Below the pieces are notes generated by a model. That model worked only from the letters and a program-made list of their open reading frames with translations. It was not told the origin of the DNA and did not search any database. This document shows positions 39,345 through 52,321 of a stretch of 64,000 nt of DNA, one piece after another. The translations under genes and the position numbers were made by a program. Position 1 is the first letter of the stretch, and every line of letters begins with the position of its first letter. Source of the stretch: Octopus sinensis (taxonomy: Eukaryota); contig NC_042998.1 in NCBI RefSeq assembly GCF_006345805.1, positions 16,926,001 to 16,990,000 of the forward strand, written 5' to 3'.

Positions 39345-40686
39345 GCCACCAAAGAAAAGATGTAATCTCTCCAGAAACAATTGTAAAACAAGGGGGATTG
39401 TAGTAAACCGAAGGCGAGGGTATCGAGAGTGAAAGGAGATGGGACTTTCTCAATATCAGCAAGCGCATGCTTCAGCGCGACAAATAGAGTCTGAAGAGAG
39501 AAGGGAGATAAAACTTTCACAAAATCAGCAAATACATGCGGCGGCACGACAGCTGGAGTCTCAATACAGACGGAAGATGAGACCTTCTCAAGATCAGCAA
39601 ACGTATGTTGCAGCACATCAAATGGAGTCTCAAGAGAGAATTGAAGTGAAACTTTCCTAAGATCAGCAATGGCCTGCTGCAGCACGTCAGACGGATGAAA
39701 CCTTCCCAAAATTTCCAGTTGAAACTAATGGCATGTGCAGCTCAGTCGGTAAGGTAAGATTTCCATCACTACCAGCTCCTCCTCAACCTTTTATAGATCT
39801 TCTGGATGGCATTTCCATCAAGTGAAAGGATTTTATGAACAACGAGCGGTATCGCCCGGCGTTGCTCGGGTTTCTAAGGGAAATAACTATATAAGCATTT
39901 TTAGAGATGAAAGTATAATAGCCATCTCAATATGGCTAACCACATAGGGGGCGGTGTTACTGTAGCTTTTTACGTTCTGAGATTTAATAATAAATTATTA
40001 GAGAGTTACTTCCCTTATATATGCCAAAAATGCATTAAAAAATGGGAAAAATTTATGGTAATTCTTTTTAAATCGTAGACTCATCGTAGACACGCGCTAA
40101 TACCCAGGAGGGCTCGATATGAATCACGACTATAAGATACCCGGTTTTGGTTAAACTGCACCGCAAAATGTGGGAGTAGTTAGGAATCTAAATCGTAGGA
40201 GACAGACAGCACACAACCTCTCTTTTATATATAAATATATTAGACAATGCAATTCTGCTTTTAAAACGAAATCGTTTGATGCATCTAAGGAGATAGTTAA
40301 ACATGGATTTACGCCAAGCTTCAAATTTCAAGGGCAAGTCTATCACCTCATTGCTTTCCTGTTACCCACAAATGAACAACTACATTTTCTCTAAATGTAC
40401 AACAATGTGTCGTGTTAGACGCAGCGCCGACTGCTGCAAAGGAGAGTATATCCAATCACAGCTTTTCAGTGCATTTAAAAATCACATAGCCGCTCACCCC
40501 CAATTTCCATGACCGGTTGGAGCCTGGAATATGCTAAACAGAGGCATGACATGTCGCTATCTCTAACTAGCAAATCATTTACTCCACAAAAGTTTTGTCG
40601 TCAATGCTGCACGTTCCCGTATCACCTATTTCAAAATATACACTATGTCAATTTTATTCTGAGCAGCGCCGGGTATCTCTGCTAGT
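39345..40686 (+). mobile_element. Internally deleted Helitron (RepHel N-terminal remnant plus 3' terminus)
   Basis: PPKKRCNLSR; repetitive QQ/RE segment; ETNGMCSSVGKVRFPSLPAPPQP; IRQCNSAF..SFDA..GFTPSFKFQGQVYHL. 3' end GAGCAGCGCCGGGTATCTCTGCTAGT with a CTAG terminus at 40682-40685. Confidence 0.85.
39843..40238 (-). mobile_element. Non-autonomous Helitron-type element nested in the Helitron ORF
   Basis: Reverse complement of the family at 62516-62780, with an extra internal segment. Removing it rejoins ...DFMNN|IRQCNSAF. Confidence 0.8.
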
Positions 40687-40688
40687 AC

Positions 40689-40737
<49 letters not shown>

Positions 40738-40836
40738 TGTGTGTGTGTGTGTACGCGTGTGTGTGTAATTGTTGTTTAGCTTGTCCGCCTTTGCATCGTC
40801 TGTCCGAATGTTTTATTGTCTTCTATTGCGTTTGTG

Positions 40837-40907
<71 letters not shown>

Positions 40908-40979
40908 TATATACACACATACATGTACATGCCTACATATATATGTATATATATACATGCATATATGGGTACAGGACGT

Positions 40980-41280
40980 CAAAAAAACGTGTGAACAAAA
41001 TGAGAAACGAGAACAAAAAACAAAAGCTTGGAAAACGAACTTCTGTTCGAACAATGAAAGAAACAAATAGAGCTATGAGACGAGACAGCAACATAAAGAA
41101 CATTCTGTTCATCAGTTTTCTCCTGTTCTATCTACTCCGTGTCCCGAATGTAGAGACAAGACACGACTTCGTTAAAACAGTCCTTCGTGCAAAGCAAATT
41201 GAATAAAATTTGGGATATTTTGTGGAGGCTTAAAGTAGTAATAAAAACAGGACAGTAAGAACAAAACAGTAAAAACAAGC
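40980..41280. repeat. Unclassified dispersed repeat (family E), related to 44720-44960
   Basis: Shared motifs: AAC(G/A)AGAAACGA, GGAAA(A)CG(A/G)ACTT, TTCATCAG, ACACGACT(T)CGT, CCTTC(G/C)TGC(A/G)AAG, TAAAATT. Confidence 0.6.
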
Positions 41281-42149
41281 GGTGATTGATCTTAAGCCAT
41301 AACAAGGTGAAGTGGTGAACGCTGGAAAAACGAGTTTTGGGAAGATACAGGGAAAAGCACGTCTTGTCTTTAGAAAGTAAGTGGAAGAAAGAAAGATAGT
41401 TAGCCGTTGGTCTCATGTGAACAACGTGAGAGTCAAGTGATAGGGAGAGAGAGGGAACGCTGAAGGGGAGATTAGAATTAGAGAAAGGGTGGGAGAGAAA
41501 AATAGAAATGAAGAAGTACAAGATGAGGAAATATATATATCGGGTGGGTTGTATAGAGTATTTGAAGTGACGTAAGGCTATTGAATAGTAAGGAAAAGGA
41601 AGCAGTAAGAATTTTGGGTAATACTTTGTCAGCGCTTTCATTCATACATGAAGATTTTTCAGAATAAATTTTAGATACTTCCTTGGTATTTATACATATG
41701 GAAAGGAGGACAGCTGAAAGAGTAAAGAGGAAGCGAGGAAGCGAGAAAGGGGGGAGAGAGAGACTGTGTATTACTTTTGGTGGTGCGGCCCGTGAACAGG
41801 TGGCTAATGACATTTCAAGATGTCAATTTTGGTTTTTTTAAAGAAAGGGCGAAAAAAGACAGGAAGGAACATGGGAGGGAAAGAAAAAGAAAAAGAAGAA
41901 AATGAAAGTGATGAAGGAGTAAGACAGAGAGATGGGCTTCTTTTCAATTGTATTGAATTTATGTGATCACTATTACGATTCAAGATGCCTATTTTTATTT
42001 AGTTATTGATTTTGTATGCATGTTACTTCCTATATTTCTCTTTCTGTTTATTCCTGTCTCTCTCTCTCTCTTCCTTTCTCTCTCTCTCTCAAAACCTTTT
42101 ATTGAATCCTTTCCTTTTTTACTACGAGCACAAAATCTGAATTTCTGGT

Positions 42150-42330
42150 GGAGGAACAGAGTCGATTACGTCGATCAAAGTGATATATTGGTACTTAATT
42201 TATCGACCCCGAAAGGCTAAAAGGCAAAGTCAACCTCACCAGAAGTTTGAACTCCCAACGTAAAAATCCGATCGAAATGCTGCTAAGCATTTGGTCCGGT
42301 ATCCTAATGATTCTGCCAGCTTGCTGCTTA
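42150..42330 (-). mobile_element. SINE family D, degenerate
   Basis: GTCGATTACGTCGA..GGTACTTAATTTATCGACCCCGAAAGG..GGCAAAGTCAACCTC..TTTGAACTC..GATTCTGCCAGC. Confidence 0.8.
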
Positions 42331-43840
42331 TATTGAATTGTAAGTAAATTGTATTGAGTTACACTATCGCATGCACATCAATATTACATATCGTTTACTG
42401 GCGTGTGAGTTTGCTGCGCCAAAATTATAGATGATAATACAAAGTAGGAGTAAGATAAATAGTTTTATAACTTTATATATCGAAATAATAGAATGTTGGT
42501 CACTTATTTATCATCTCAATACATTGTAACCCATAATTTGATGTGCTTTAAAATCCTATGAAAAATATTTTTCACGTGAAATTCGTGTCATTTTAGAAGA
42601 TAATATATCTTTTTTATTGTTTTTCAATTATAGAATTTATATGAGGCCTTGGAGATGTTTATAGAGAACACTTCTATTATTTATGTTCAAAGCTGACAGG
42701 TTGTATGATATCTTTAATGGATTATCGTAATTTTAAATTAAAGTCATTACTTTCCATCTCAGTTTGACAAAGCTTTTCTATATTTAGTAGAATTCTTTAG
42801 AAACAGTTAAAAGCTCCTTATATGACATTACTTCATAAATTGTGTCTAATCTAATGATTACGTTTGTTCACTTTTTGTAAGTGATGGGCGTTGAACTACT
42901 CTTTTTTTTAAACCATTCATTTGTTTATAGGTTAATGGGCGCAAACGTGTTACCTAAGTGCATGAATCAGTCATAAGGAATATGACCTATATTCAGATTA
43001 ATTATGCTACTCAAAATTAGGATCATATATATTTAAGAGCTGCATCACACGTCACAAAATATACTTTGTGTGACTGAACTGTCCATTCACGGAAGGAGCA
43101 AAATACTATCAGAGAAACAGCAGCAAAATAGAAGATATAACAATAAAGCTTGACTTACAGGTTTTCCAAACATTTTATTCGCGGTAACCATCTGCGGTAG
43201 GAATGATTTAACATTTGCTCACTTAATTAACAATCAATAGAAATGATATATATCGCTTTGAGTTAAGGAAAATTTTATTCTTATCTGAATGGGACAAAAA
43301 CAACGTTTTCAATATACCTGCACTTTAGCAAATTTTCTTTCTCGCAAAAGCGGTTGTTTCATTCACAATATCCGACTATCCTGTCGTTCTATATGTAATT
43401 TCTTTTTCCTCTTTCTTTTCTCCTGCATAAGACGTGCTTCCATTTCAGATGCTTTCATCGTAACATTTTTATATGTCAATGAGTGTATTTGCTATTAAAG
43501 CTAACGATACCATTTCTTATTCTACTGCGTTTTTAGCATGTATTGTTGTAGGGTGAAATGGCAATTTACAACGTATTTGACCATGATTTATCATAACAGG
43601 ACCCCGTAATCACTGTAAATCAGCCAAAGAGCACATGCGTGAGCGTGTTTGCGTTTCTAAAACATTCGTTTCAAGTAATTTTTAGTGTTTGTTATGAAAT
43701 ACACATACAATGAAATAGCAAATACAATCTCCATTTTTTAAACTAATACTGTTTTCTACGCTTCTAAACTAAATAGTTCCCATCGTGATTGAACTACAGT
43801 CTTCATCACCTTCCTCTTGAAATATTAGTATCATTATTGT

Positions 43841-44120
43841 GAGGAAGCAAGGCCTAGTGTTTCGAGTCTTGCACGCATGATCGTGAGATTGTCGCTTTAA
43901 ATCCTAAACCGGTTGATGCGGAGTCATCTTGCGTAATACACTGCAGCTGAAGAGCTTCTGCTGTCGCAGCGACACCTGACGTGTTGTACATTTTACAATT
44001 GTTCGGGAAACATCGATTTCATGAGGCGAGTTAGCTAACGTACGGCACAAACATTTGATCACTATATACAAATAATATCTGCAGGTCATTCGGCAAAAGC
44101 TGAAGGCTCATACCTTCTTC

Positions 44121-44161
<41 letters not shown>

Positions 44162-44179
44162 TTTATTACTACTACCACA

Positions 44180-44264
<85 letters not shown>

Positions 44265-44267
44265 TTA
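43841..44267 (+). mobile_element. SINE family B-like copy followed by an (ATT)n(ACT)n tract
   Basis: Head GAGGAAGCAAGGCCTAGTG..CATGATCGTGAGATTGTCG; trinucleotide tract at about 44123-44267. Confidence 0.6.
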
Positions 44268-44557
44268 TCTTTGTGTAGATATTTGTACCTAAATTATTTT
44301 CGCCACACTTAGCCTGCAAATATATGTTACGGTACATATATATTCTTTCATTTTTTAATTTGTTTCAGTCATGTGGCAGATGCTATACTGGAGCTCCGCG
44401 TTTAGACGAGCAAATCGATCTCAGGACTTATAGTTTGTAAGCTCAGTACTAATTCTATCGGTCTCTTTGCCGAAACGCTAGGTTACGGTGAAGTAAACAC
44501 ACCAACATCGGTTGTCAAGCGATGGTGGGTGGAGAAATAGATATACAATTACATATC

Positions 44558-44614
<57 letters not shown>

Positions 44615-44989
44615 TATATAAATTAAAAAATAAAATATATGCATACATACGTACATATATGTACGCACCTACATCTACATGTATATATGCATGCATATAT
44701 AAATATATATATGTGAGTAAAGGACACCACAAATAAACGTAGAACTCAACGAGAAACGAAAACGTAAAAACAAACGTGGAAACGGACTTTTTTTAACAAG
44801 ACAAACAACAAAAGGAAAATTCCCCTTCATCAGCTGTCCCTAGTTCGACTCTATGCGTGTTTCGAAGGTAAGGACAGAACACGACTCGTCGAACTAGCCC
44901 TTCCTGCGAAAGAATTAAATAAAATTCCTTTGCAGAGGGGTAAAAACAAGGAAAGAAAAAAATATGACAAAAACAGGACGTATATACAC

Positions 44990-46727
44990 ACACAAAAGAG
45001 AGTCAAATATACGTGCGTGTGTATATGTGTGTGTGTGTGGGGGGGGGGGGCGAGCGTATGTTCCTTATGCATTCCAAAGCGAATTGCCGATTTTGACGTA
45101 TGGGGTATCAAAAGATTCAGTAGGCTTTTGGCTACCAACTAAACTATATTTTCATTCATATATTCGCATTACAAAAGTTTATTGTTATTTTTCGTTTAGT
45201 CAATCTATCGTAAACGACAATTTATATCACCAGCACAACGTCGATGACGTCACAATTTCAATATGAGTGTGTTCGCGCGTTCGTTACCTACGTTTGGCCG
45301 ATGGCTCACAAGTATATGTGTACGATGGTGTATGTGGTTGTCAGTATACATACATTTTTGTGCCGACTGACACACAGGGACAGCGATAGGTTTAAGGTAT
45401 GCGTTAATGTATGTGTGTGTTTGCGTGTGTGTGTGTTTGTGTGTATGTGTCTTTGTTTATACATGTAACTTTTTTTGGAAGTTTCTTGGACTTTAAACGA
45501 ACAACAACGTTCATTTTCAAGTACTACAAACATGGAGACTTGTCTGATTTCTCACCACTCACAATACTCGCAAATATTTCTGAAATAAATATTATTCTGG
45601 TTTGTATAACAAATTCCGAAAGTTGGCGAAGAAGAAAGCCTCAACGGCTCTTTCAATATAATTGCAGAAATTTTATTCCACTCCTAACCAGTTTCAATAT
45701 GATTTTTAAGAGTCCTTCCAAGCTTCTTCACCACCGAGTATCTGCATCGAAAAATCTTTTTCGGGCGTTAGTCAGTATATATGCTACAGCCTATAACGTT
45801 ACACACTTAAAAATATATATAGTAATGTCAAATTAATTTATATCTTGCTACATACATCATTCAGCAAATATTTTAAATTAACGTTCACAAAAACAGCAAC
45901 TTCCTTTCTATATACTTTGTTCACCGTTCGTTTCAAAATTATAAAATAAATTATTTTTGTATGAAAAATTGAATTATACCTTCTGAATTTTCTTGGACTT
46001 TAACTCTCTTCGCCAATATATACAATCTTGAATTTTATAACATTTAGTACATATTCCAAATAAATGCTGACTTTCTGCTCCTATATTGACTACATTTAAA
46101 AACATTTGATAAATTGGTGACATTACATTTTGTTATAGCATAACTATGCCACAGAAAGTATTTTTTTGTTTCTATATTGACTACATTTCGTTTCGCTTGA
46201 ACTTCGTGTAGGCACGTTGTGCTGTTTTCAAAATTATCAATTCTATGAGTGTGTATGTGTGGGTGTGTATGTGTGTGTGTGTGTGCGTGTGTGTGTGTGT
46301 TTCTGCGTTCCTTACATGTAGAACTGTATGTATTAAAATAAGGCACAGCCAAGAAAATTGCATTAAAAGACCTCCACTTTTCTACATGTTATGAGGAAAT
46401 ACCGTAACACACACACACGCACTCACTCTCTCTCACACACGCACTCACTCTCTCTCTCTCTCTCACACAAATACACCCCCACACCCACACCCAAAGGATT
46501 ATGCATATGTGTTTATGGGTGAAGGTAAAGACTACGTACGCCCTATTTTTAGGGTGAGGGTTAGGCCGAAAACTGGTGATGTGCGTATTTTTGTCCTCCG
46601 CTATGTACATGTATATGGAAGATAATGTGTGTGAGAGAGAGGGAGAGAGGAAGAGAGAGCGTGCGTGCCACTTATACATGCAAAGAAAATCATACATCAC
46701 AATACTCACTTTCACTCAATCAGTCTT

Positions 46728-46778
<51 letters not shown>

Positions 46779-47883
46779 TTCCATTTCATATACACGTACA
46801 TCTTACACTTTCTACTCTACTTTTACTTTCTCTCCTCACTTCAAAGCAAATGTTACCTTTTCACTTTATCCTATCTTTCAATTTCTGATCTCTTCGAAGC
46901 ATACAGAAATTAAAACAATTTACGGAAATTAACGAACCATTATATGATCCCAGAAATATCGAGTTGACAACTTTGCTTCTTCAAACGAAAGAATGCCAGT
47001 AAATAACATCCTTTGATACACATACACACAATCTACGTTAAACCTTTGTGAGAATTATGTCATTTCTTGCAGTCTGCAGGCACACATTACAGCTAAATCC
47101 AATTGAAATGATCTTTTTCAATTGTATAATTTGCGATTGTAATGGGTGTATTTGAAAACCTGATCTACGATATAAACGTAAAAAGAAGTTTACCTAGAAA
47201 TCCTGTCCTCTATCTCTTCTTTCTAGCATGTCCGAGGTGACATTTCCGTCCCCCACTTATTATTTTTTTTTCCTAAATTTCTTCCGATTCCTATGTTTGC
47301 GATACAGGAGATTAGAATTTCACCAACATAACGCGGTCTCAAGATTTTAATTGTCTCCCTCTCCACACCATATTCATTTTTTACATGAAGAAAAACCAGA
47401 GAGTACGAGTCGTGAAGAATTTTACCTATCAACATATCTAGGCGAATGGTTGGTGAGGTGGGGGAAGGGGTTTTGTGTGTTTCTTTAAGAAAAATTAAAT
47501 CATGAAAAATATATATATTTACATATTTCCCAAATTCGTAATCCCTATTTTTTTCTACGTAGATAAAAAAAAAAAATTTCAAAAGTTACAAATTAAGAAA
47601 TTGCGGTGGGATAGGAGGAAATTAAAATATTGAAAACGTGATTTCTGGACAAAATCAAATTAACCCACTTTTATACGATGAAACAAGGTGTTCCTTCTGA
47701 TCTTTTCTGATTCTTCTTAAGAACAGAAAGCACTTTCATGCAAATTGCACCCTCGCTTTTCACTATTAAACAAACAATAACTTCCACTATTCCATGAACT
47801 ATATATCAGCTGTGCATATTCTTTCCATAGACGATGTGCTTGTAAGTCTTAACACCCGGGCAACGCCAGGATGAACTGCTAGT
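44990..47883 (+). mobile_element. Possible long non-autonomous Helitron-type element (5' part related to about 55760-56150)
   Basis: 45050-45270 aligns with 55800-56010 (GTTCCTTAT.CATTCC..GTTGCCGATTTTGA..CTACCAACTAAACT). Helitron-like 3' end CCCGGGCAACGCCAGGATGAACTGCTAGT at 47856-47883. Continuity between the two ends is inferred. Confidence 0.45.
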
Positions 47884-48966
47884 ATATATATATATATATA
47901 CGACGGACTTCTTTCTGTTTCCATCTACCAAATTCACTCGCAAGGCTTTGGTTGGCCCGATGCTATAGTACGAGACGCTTGCCTAAGCTGCCATGCTGCG
48001 GGACTGAAACGGGAACCATGTGGTTGGGAAGCAAGCTTCTTACCACACAGCCACTCCGGCGGCTATATTTGTGTGTGTGTAGGTTTAAGTGTACAACAGG
48101 TAGAGGACGGTACTCAACACACTTGATAGGAGTTACATACTTATGAATTGTTTGAGTCAAACCGTCATTAAATAATATATACACATAGATAAACATACAT
48201 ACAGGCACACACATATACAGAGGCAGAGAGATTAACAGCGCGAGTGAGACTGAGATAGAGAGAGAAAGACTTTGAATTTCAGCTTTTGTGGTAAAACTGC
48301 CATGGGAATTAATTGCTTCGAGTAGAAGTGCTTTTCGTGATGAGGTTTAAAAGTCAATGACATTGAATCTAGTGAACTTTTAAAATATTTGTCTAGTGCA
48401 TTGTTTAAACAGGCATTGATGGAACTACTGTTCTTTCATAAAGTAAGTTTGTTTTTTCGTCTAATGATGTCTATACTGATTAAATCAAAATCAATTTCCT
48501 GGAATTTACCATTTCGCATTTGGCGCTTCTAAGTAGGTGTGACTATATGGTCATTCAATCTTATGCATGCTGTCGTAAATCTATTCTTCTATTCTTTTGT
48601 ATTTGATATATTTTGTATTCGGATTGTTCTGATTGTATTTTATATTAAATTATATATATGGGCATTCCATTTTGGTTTAGTTATTCTGTCATAGAGTTTT
48701 GGTAGGTAAGCATGTAGCGATCTCGTATTTCAATAGTTTTGGCTTTACAGAAGGTATTTCTTTTATAGATTTCAAATCTTACATTCTATATCAAGTTGGT
48801 GATATTTGGTTTGAATATATCCAGATCTTTGAGCTTCAGTGTGCAACGATGTTTTCGTTGTTCGATAGTGTTCCATGTTCATTTGGTTTCTCTATTCCAG
48901 GGTAGTTCACGACCTGTTGCAAACAATTCCAAACACCATACATATGCACACACAAACACCAATCTA

Positions 48967-48997
<31 letters not shown>

Positions 48998-49064
48998 CAT
49001 ATATACATATATATATATATATATATACGTGAGAGAGAGAGAGAGAGAGAGGAAAAAATATATA

Positions 49065-49106
<42 letters not shown>

Positions 49107-49183
49107 TATATATAGGTACATATATATATACATACATATGTATATATATATATATACATATGTATATATATATGTATACATAC

Positions 49184-49248
<65 letters not shown>

Positions 49249-49288
49249 GTGTGTATATATATACATATATATATATATGTATATATAT

Positions 49289-50196
49289 GGATTGAGCATC
49301 GACATCAAGAAGACTCACTTGCTCTACCAACCTCCTCCCAATGCCTGTGTTGACAACCCGCCATCGATTCGACTCGAAGGAATTCCACTGGAAAATGTGA
49401 ACCATTTCTGTTACCTTGGGAGCCATCTGTCAGCAAAGTAGACCTCAGCAATGAAATCTAACACCGTCTGAAGTGTTCAGGAACAGCTTTCGGCAAGTTT
49501 CGAACAAGAGTTTTTGCTGATCGGGACATCCGAACCGAAACCAGACTCATGGTGTACAGGGCAGTCATTATTCCAAACCTCCTTTACGCATCCGAAACCT
49601 GGACCCCGTATAGTCACGACCTCAAAGCGCTCGAGAAATTTCACAAACGCTGTCTTCGGAAGATCCTTAACATCAGCTGGGAAGACAAAAGAACAAACGT
49701 CAGTGTGCTACAAGAAGCAAAAATGACCAGCATCGAAGCCTATGTCATCAAAGGCCAACTAAGATGGAGCGGTCACGTGGTTAGAATGACTGACGAACGA
49801 CTTCCCAAACAGATCTTCTACTCCCAACTCAAAGACGGCAAGCGTACAAAAGGAGGCCAGAAGAAACGCTACAAGGACTCCCTGAAAACGAACCTCAAAA
49901 AGTGTGACATCGACTTCATTAACTGGGAGGAAACGGCAAAAAACAGACCACTCTGGAAAACCACCATCCATGAGGGAACGGCGACTTTCGAGTCGAAAAG
50001 GTCTGCAGAGCTGGAGGAGAAAAGACGACGACGGAAGGAGCGCCAACAACAACCACGTGTGACTTTCCCATCCGGCACTAGATGTCCGCACTGCGACCGA
50101 TCTTTTCAAGCAAGAATTGGTCTTATCGGTCACCCACGGACTCACCAGTAAATTTGCGCGAAGACAATCACCCTCGACCTTGAGGGATTGCCATCA
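49289..50196 (+). mobile_element. 5'-truncated RTE-clade (BovB-like) LINE with a C-terminal C2H2 finger
   Basis: [21 protein letters not shown]; MVYRAVIIPNLLYASETW..FHKRCLRKILNISWED..LRWSGHVVRM..RLPKQIFYSQL..GGQKKRYKD; CPHCDRSFQARIGLIGHPRTH. Short 3' UTR with a CCCTCGACCTTGAGGG stem-loop; flanked by (TA)n. Confidence 0.95.
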
Positions 50197-50285
50197 TATA
50201 TATATATATGTGATGATGACAAACGCCTTCATATGTATATATATATATATATATGAGACAAACACCCCCGGCTGCCGGAACTTCA

Positions 50286-50331
50286 TCTAGGAACACCGTG
50301 TTTCAGGATCGTTGTCCTTCATCGGCCTAGA
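50286..50331 (-). ncRNA. Minimal type I hammerhead-like ribozyme (inverted copy, GUU triplet)
   Basis: Minus: TCTAGG-CCGATGA-AGGA(CAACGA)TCCT-GAAA-CACGGTG-TT^CCTAGA. Confidence 0.7.
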
Positions 50332-50522
50332 GTAGCAGACAACGGTCAGCCGGTGATATTTGCCTCGACTTCGTAATTGTATATATTTATATTCAGTGAA
50401 GTTTATTCACTGATTATCAAAAGAGAGATTTAGAAATTCAATATTTCTTATTTTGATAATCAATGAATAAACTTCACTGAATATAGATATATACAATTAC
50501 GAAGTCGAGGCAAATATCACCA

Positions 50523-52304
50523 CCCTCTTTTTTTTTGGTTATTCTGGTGTGTTTATTTCGAGTTGGAGTTATTCTGGTGTGTTTGTTTCGAGTGCGTCAT
50601 TGTGAAGAGGTTGTGAGTTCGAGTTCGTTGGAGGACGTGCAAAAGTTTTTTTTTCTTTGGAGATTCTTGAAAATGCAAGAGCAGACTTATGCGAGAGCAG
50701 CAGGCAGAGGCCTGGTTGCCAGTGAACTGGAAATGGAAGAAGTGGTGGTCGAACAGAAAACTCTAGAGAAGTATTTCGACAGTTTAAAGAGGGAGGGTGA
50801 CTGCGTGAGAGTCACACCGTCCGAGGAGGAAGAAAGCAACGCGGAGAAGCGTATGATAACGTACAGGACATGGTGTGTGGCGTCGAAAAAAGTTGAAGTA
50901 GCAGAAACGGAAGAAGTAGAAAAGTGTCTGAAGGAAATTGAGGGTGAACCCACATTTTTCAAGAGAGGAAGGAAATATGCCACAGTGGTAGTATATTTTT
51001 AAACAGAAAATGAAGCAAAAAAGAATGCAACAAGAATTTTGAAAACGGATAAGTGGACTTTACTACCAAGTTACTGCGGAAGGAGGGCAGTGAGGATGAG
51101 AATTAGCAGAATTTCGCCCGAATTTAATATGGAGAGGTTGTTGGCGGCAGTGGTTTTCAACTGCAAGGATAGTGTGGAGGTGTTGAAGGTGGAGAAGTCA
51201 ACAGAGGTTAAGTGGTGGGGATATACGGTGCAGGTTCTGGCACATATAACCGTGCGAGACCTGTACAACATCCCGGAGGAGTTGGTCTACCCTGATGAGA
51301 CACGGCTTAGAGTCGTGGTAGAGGGAAGACTCCCAGTCTGCTATAATTATAAAGTGAGGGGCCACATGAAGGATGTGTGCCCGCTGGAGAAGACGAAGGC
51401 ACCGGAGGCTGTAATAGAGGAGTGTAAAGATGCGTGTGTGGAGGAGGGAGAAGTGCAGGAGGAAGCGAAAGCAGAGGAGGCACAAACGGAGGAGCAGCTA
51501 AATGAGGATACGGAAGAAGAACGAGCAAGTGCAGAGGAGGAAAGAACAGAAGATAGGAAGAGAACAAGGGTGGAATCACCACCGAAAGTTCTAAAAAAGA
51601 AAAAAATCAAAAGCAAGATAACAGAAGAAAAAGAAGAGAGAACACGCAAAGAACAGGAAGTAAAAGAGAAGGCGAGAGAGCAGCCAAGGACAGAGTTTGA
51701 CCAAGAATGGGAGACAAGAGTGAAAGAGCAGTTGGAAGCGTGTAAAAAGGGAAGAAGGCCTGCAGGAAAAAACCTGAAAGTAGTTGTGATGTATATCAAG
51801 AATACAGAAGTGGAAAAGAGACTTGCAGGTAGGAAAGGGTTGGTCAGGGTGAAGTTGAACCCAAAACTGTATGGTGACGATGTAAAAGGCGCAGTTATAG
51901 AAAAAAACATTCACAAAATTAAAAAAGATATTTAATGCTATTTATATAACGCATTATGTACGGTATGACAATTTACCAAATGTAATAGACCAAATGGACT
52001 TAATAGAATATATGACGGACGAACGTCCAATATAAAAGAATTAGAATATATGTAATGTTAAAAAGTAAAATTGTTAATTGTAAAATTGTAAAATGTAAAA
52101 TTGTATTTTGAACTGGAATATATGTAATTGTGAAATGTACAATTGTATTTTAAACGGAACTGCGAGTTGGGGGTTCGTAAGCCGTTCCATCTCATTATAT
52201 ATAATTCATCTTTATTTCATATTTTATTTTTACTTTATGTACCCCACGTCCCGTCTTGTAATGTCCCGTCTGAATTAGGGCCATCGTGCCCATAATAAAG
52301 ATAT
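50523..52304 (+). mobile_element. ORF1-only (RT-less) L1/Tx1-like retroelement, unit 1
   Basis: ~150-nt 5' UTR, single long ORF, ~250-nt 3' UTR ending GGGCCATCGTGCCCATAATAAAGATAT. Bounded by AATATCACCA (50513-50522 and 52305-52314). Confidence 0.75.
50673..52055 (+). pseudogene. ORF1p-like CCHC zinc-knuckle protein, copy 1 (in-frame TAA at 51000-51002; frameshift near 51900)
   Basis: Track ORFs 50535-51002 and 51039-51935 are in the same frame. MQEQTYARAA...RMRISRISPE...IPEELVYPDETRLRVVVEGRLPVCYNYKVRGHMKDVCP, followed by an E/K-rich region. Confidence 0.8.
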
Positions 52305-52321
52305 AATATCACCAGCCGACC

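Noticed and set aside
51289-51320. CTGATGAG motif inside the zinc-knuckle ORFs (also about 53060)
   Set aside because: Encodes P-D-E in frame; no downstream GAAA or stems.
51307-51914. Minus-strand ORFs overlapping the zinc-knuckle ORFs (also 53075-53555)
   Set aside because: Antisense shadows of a purine-rich, E/K-coding frame.
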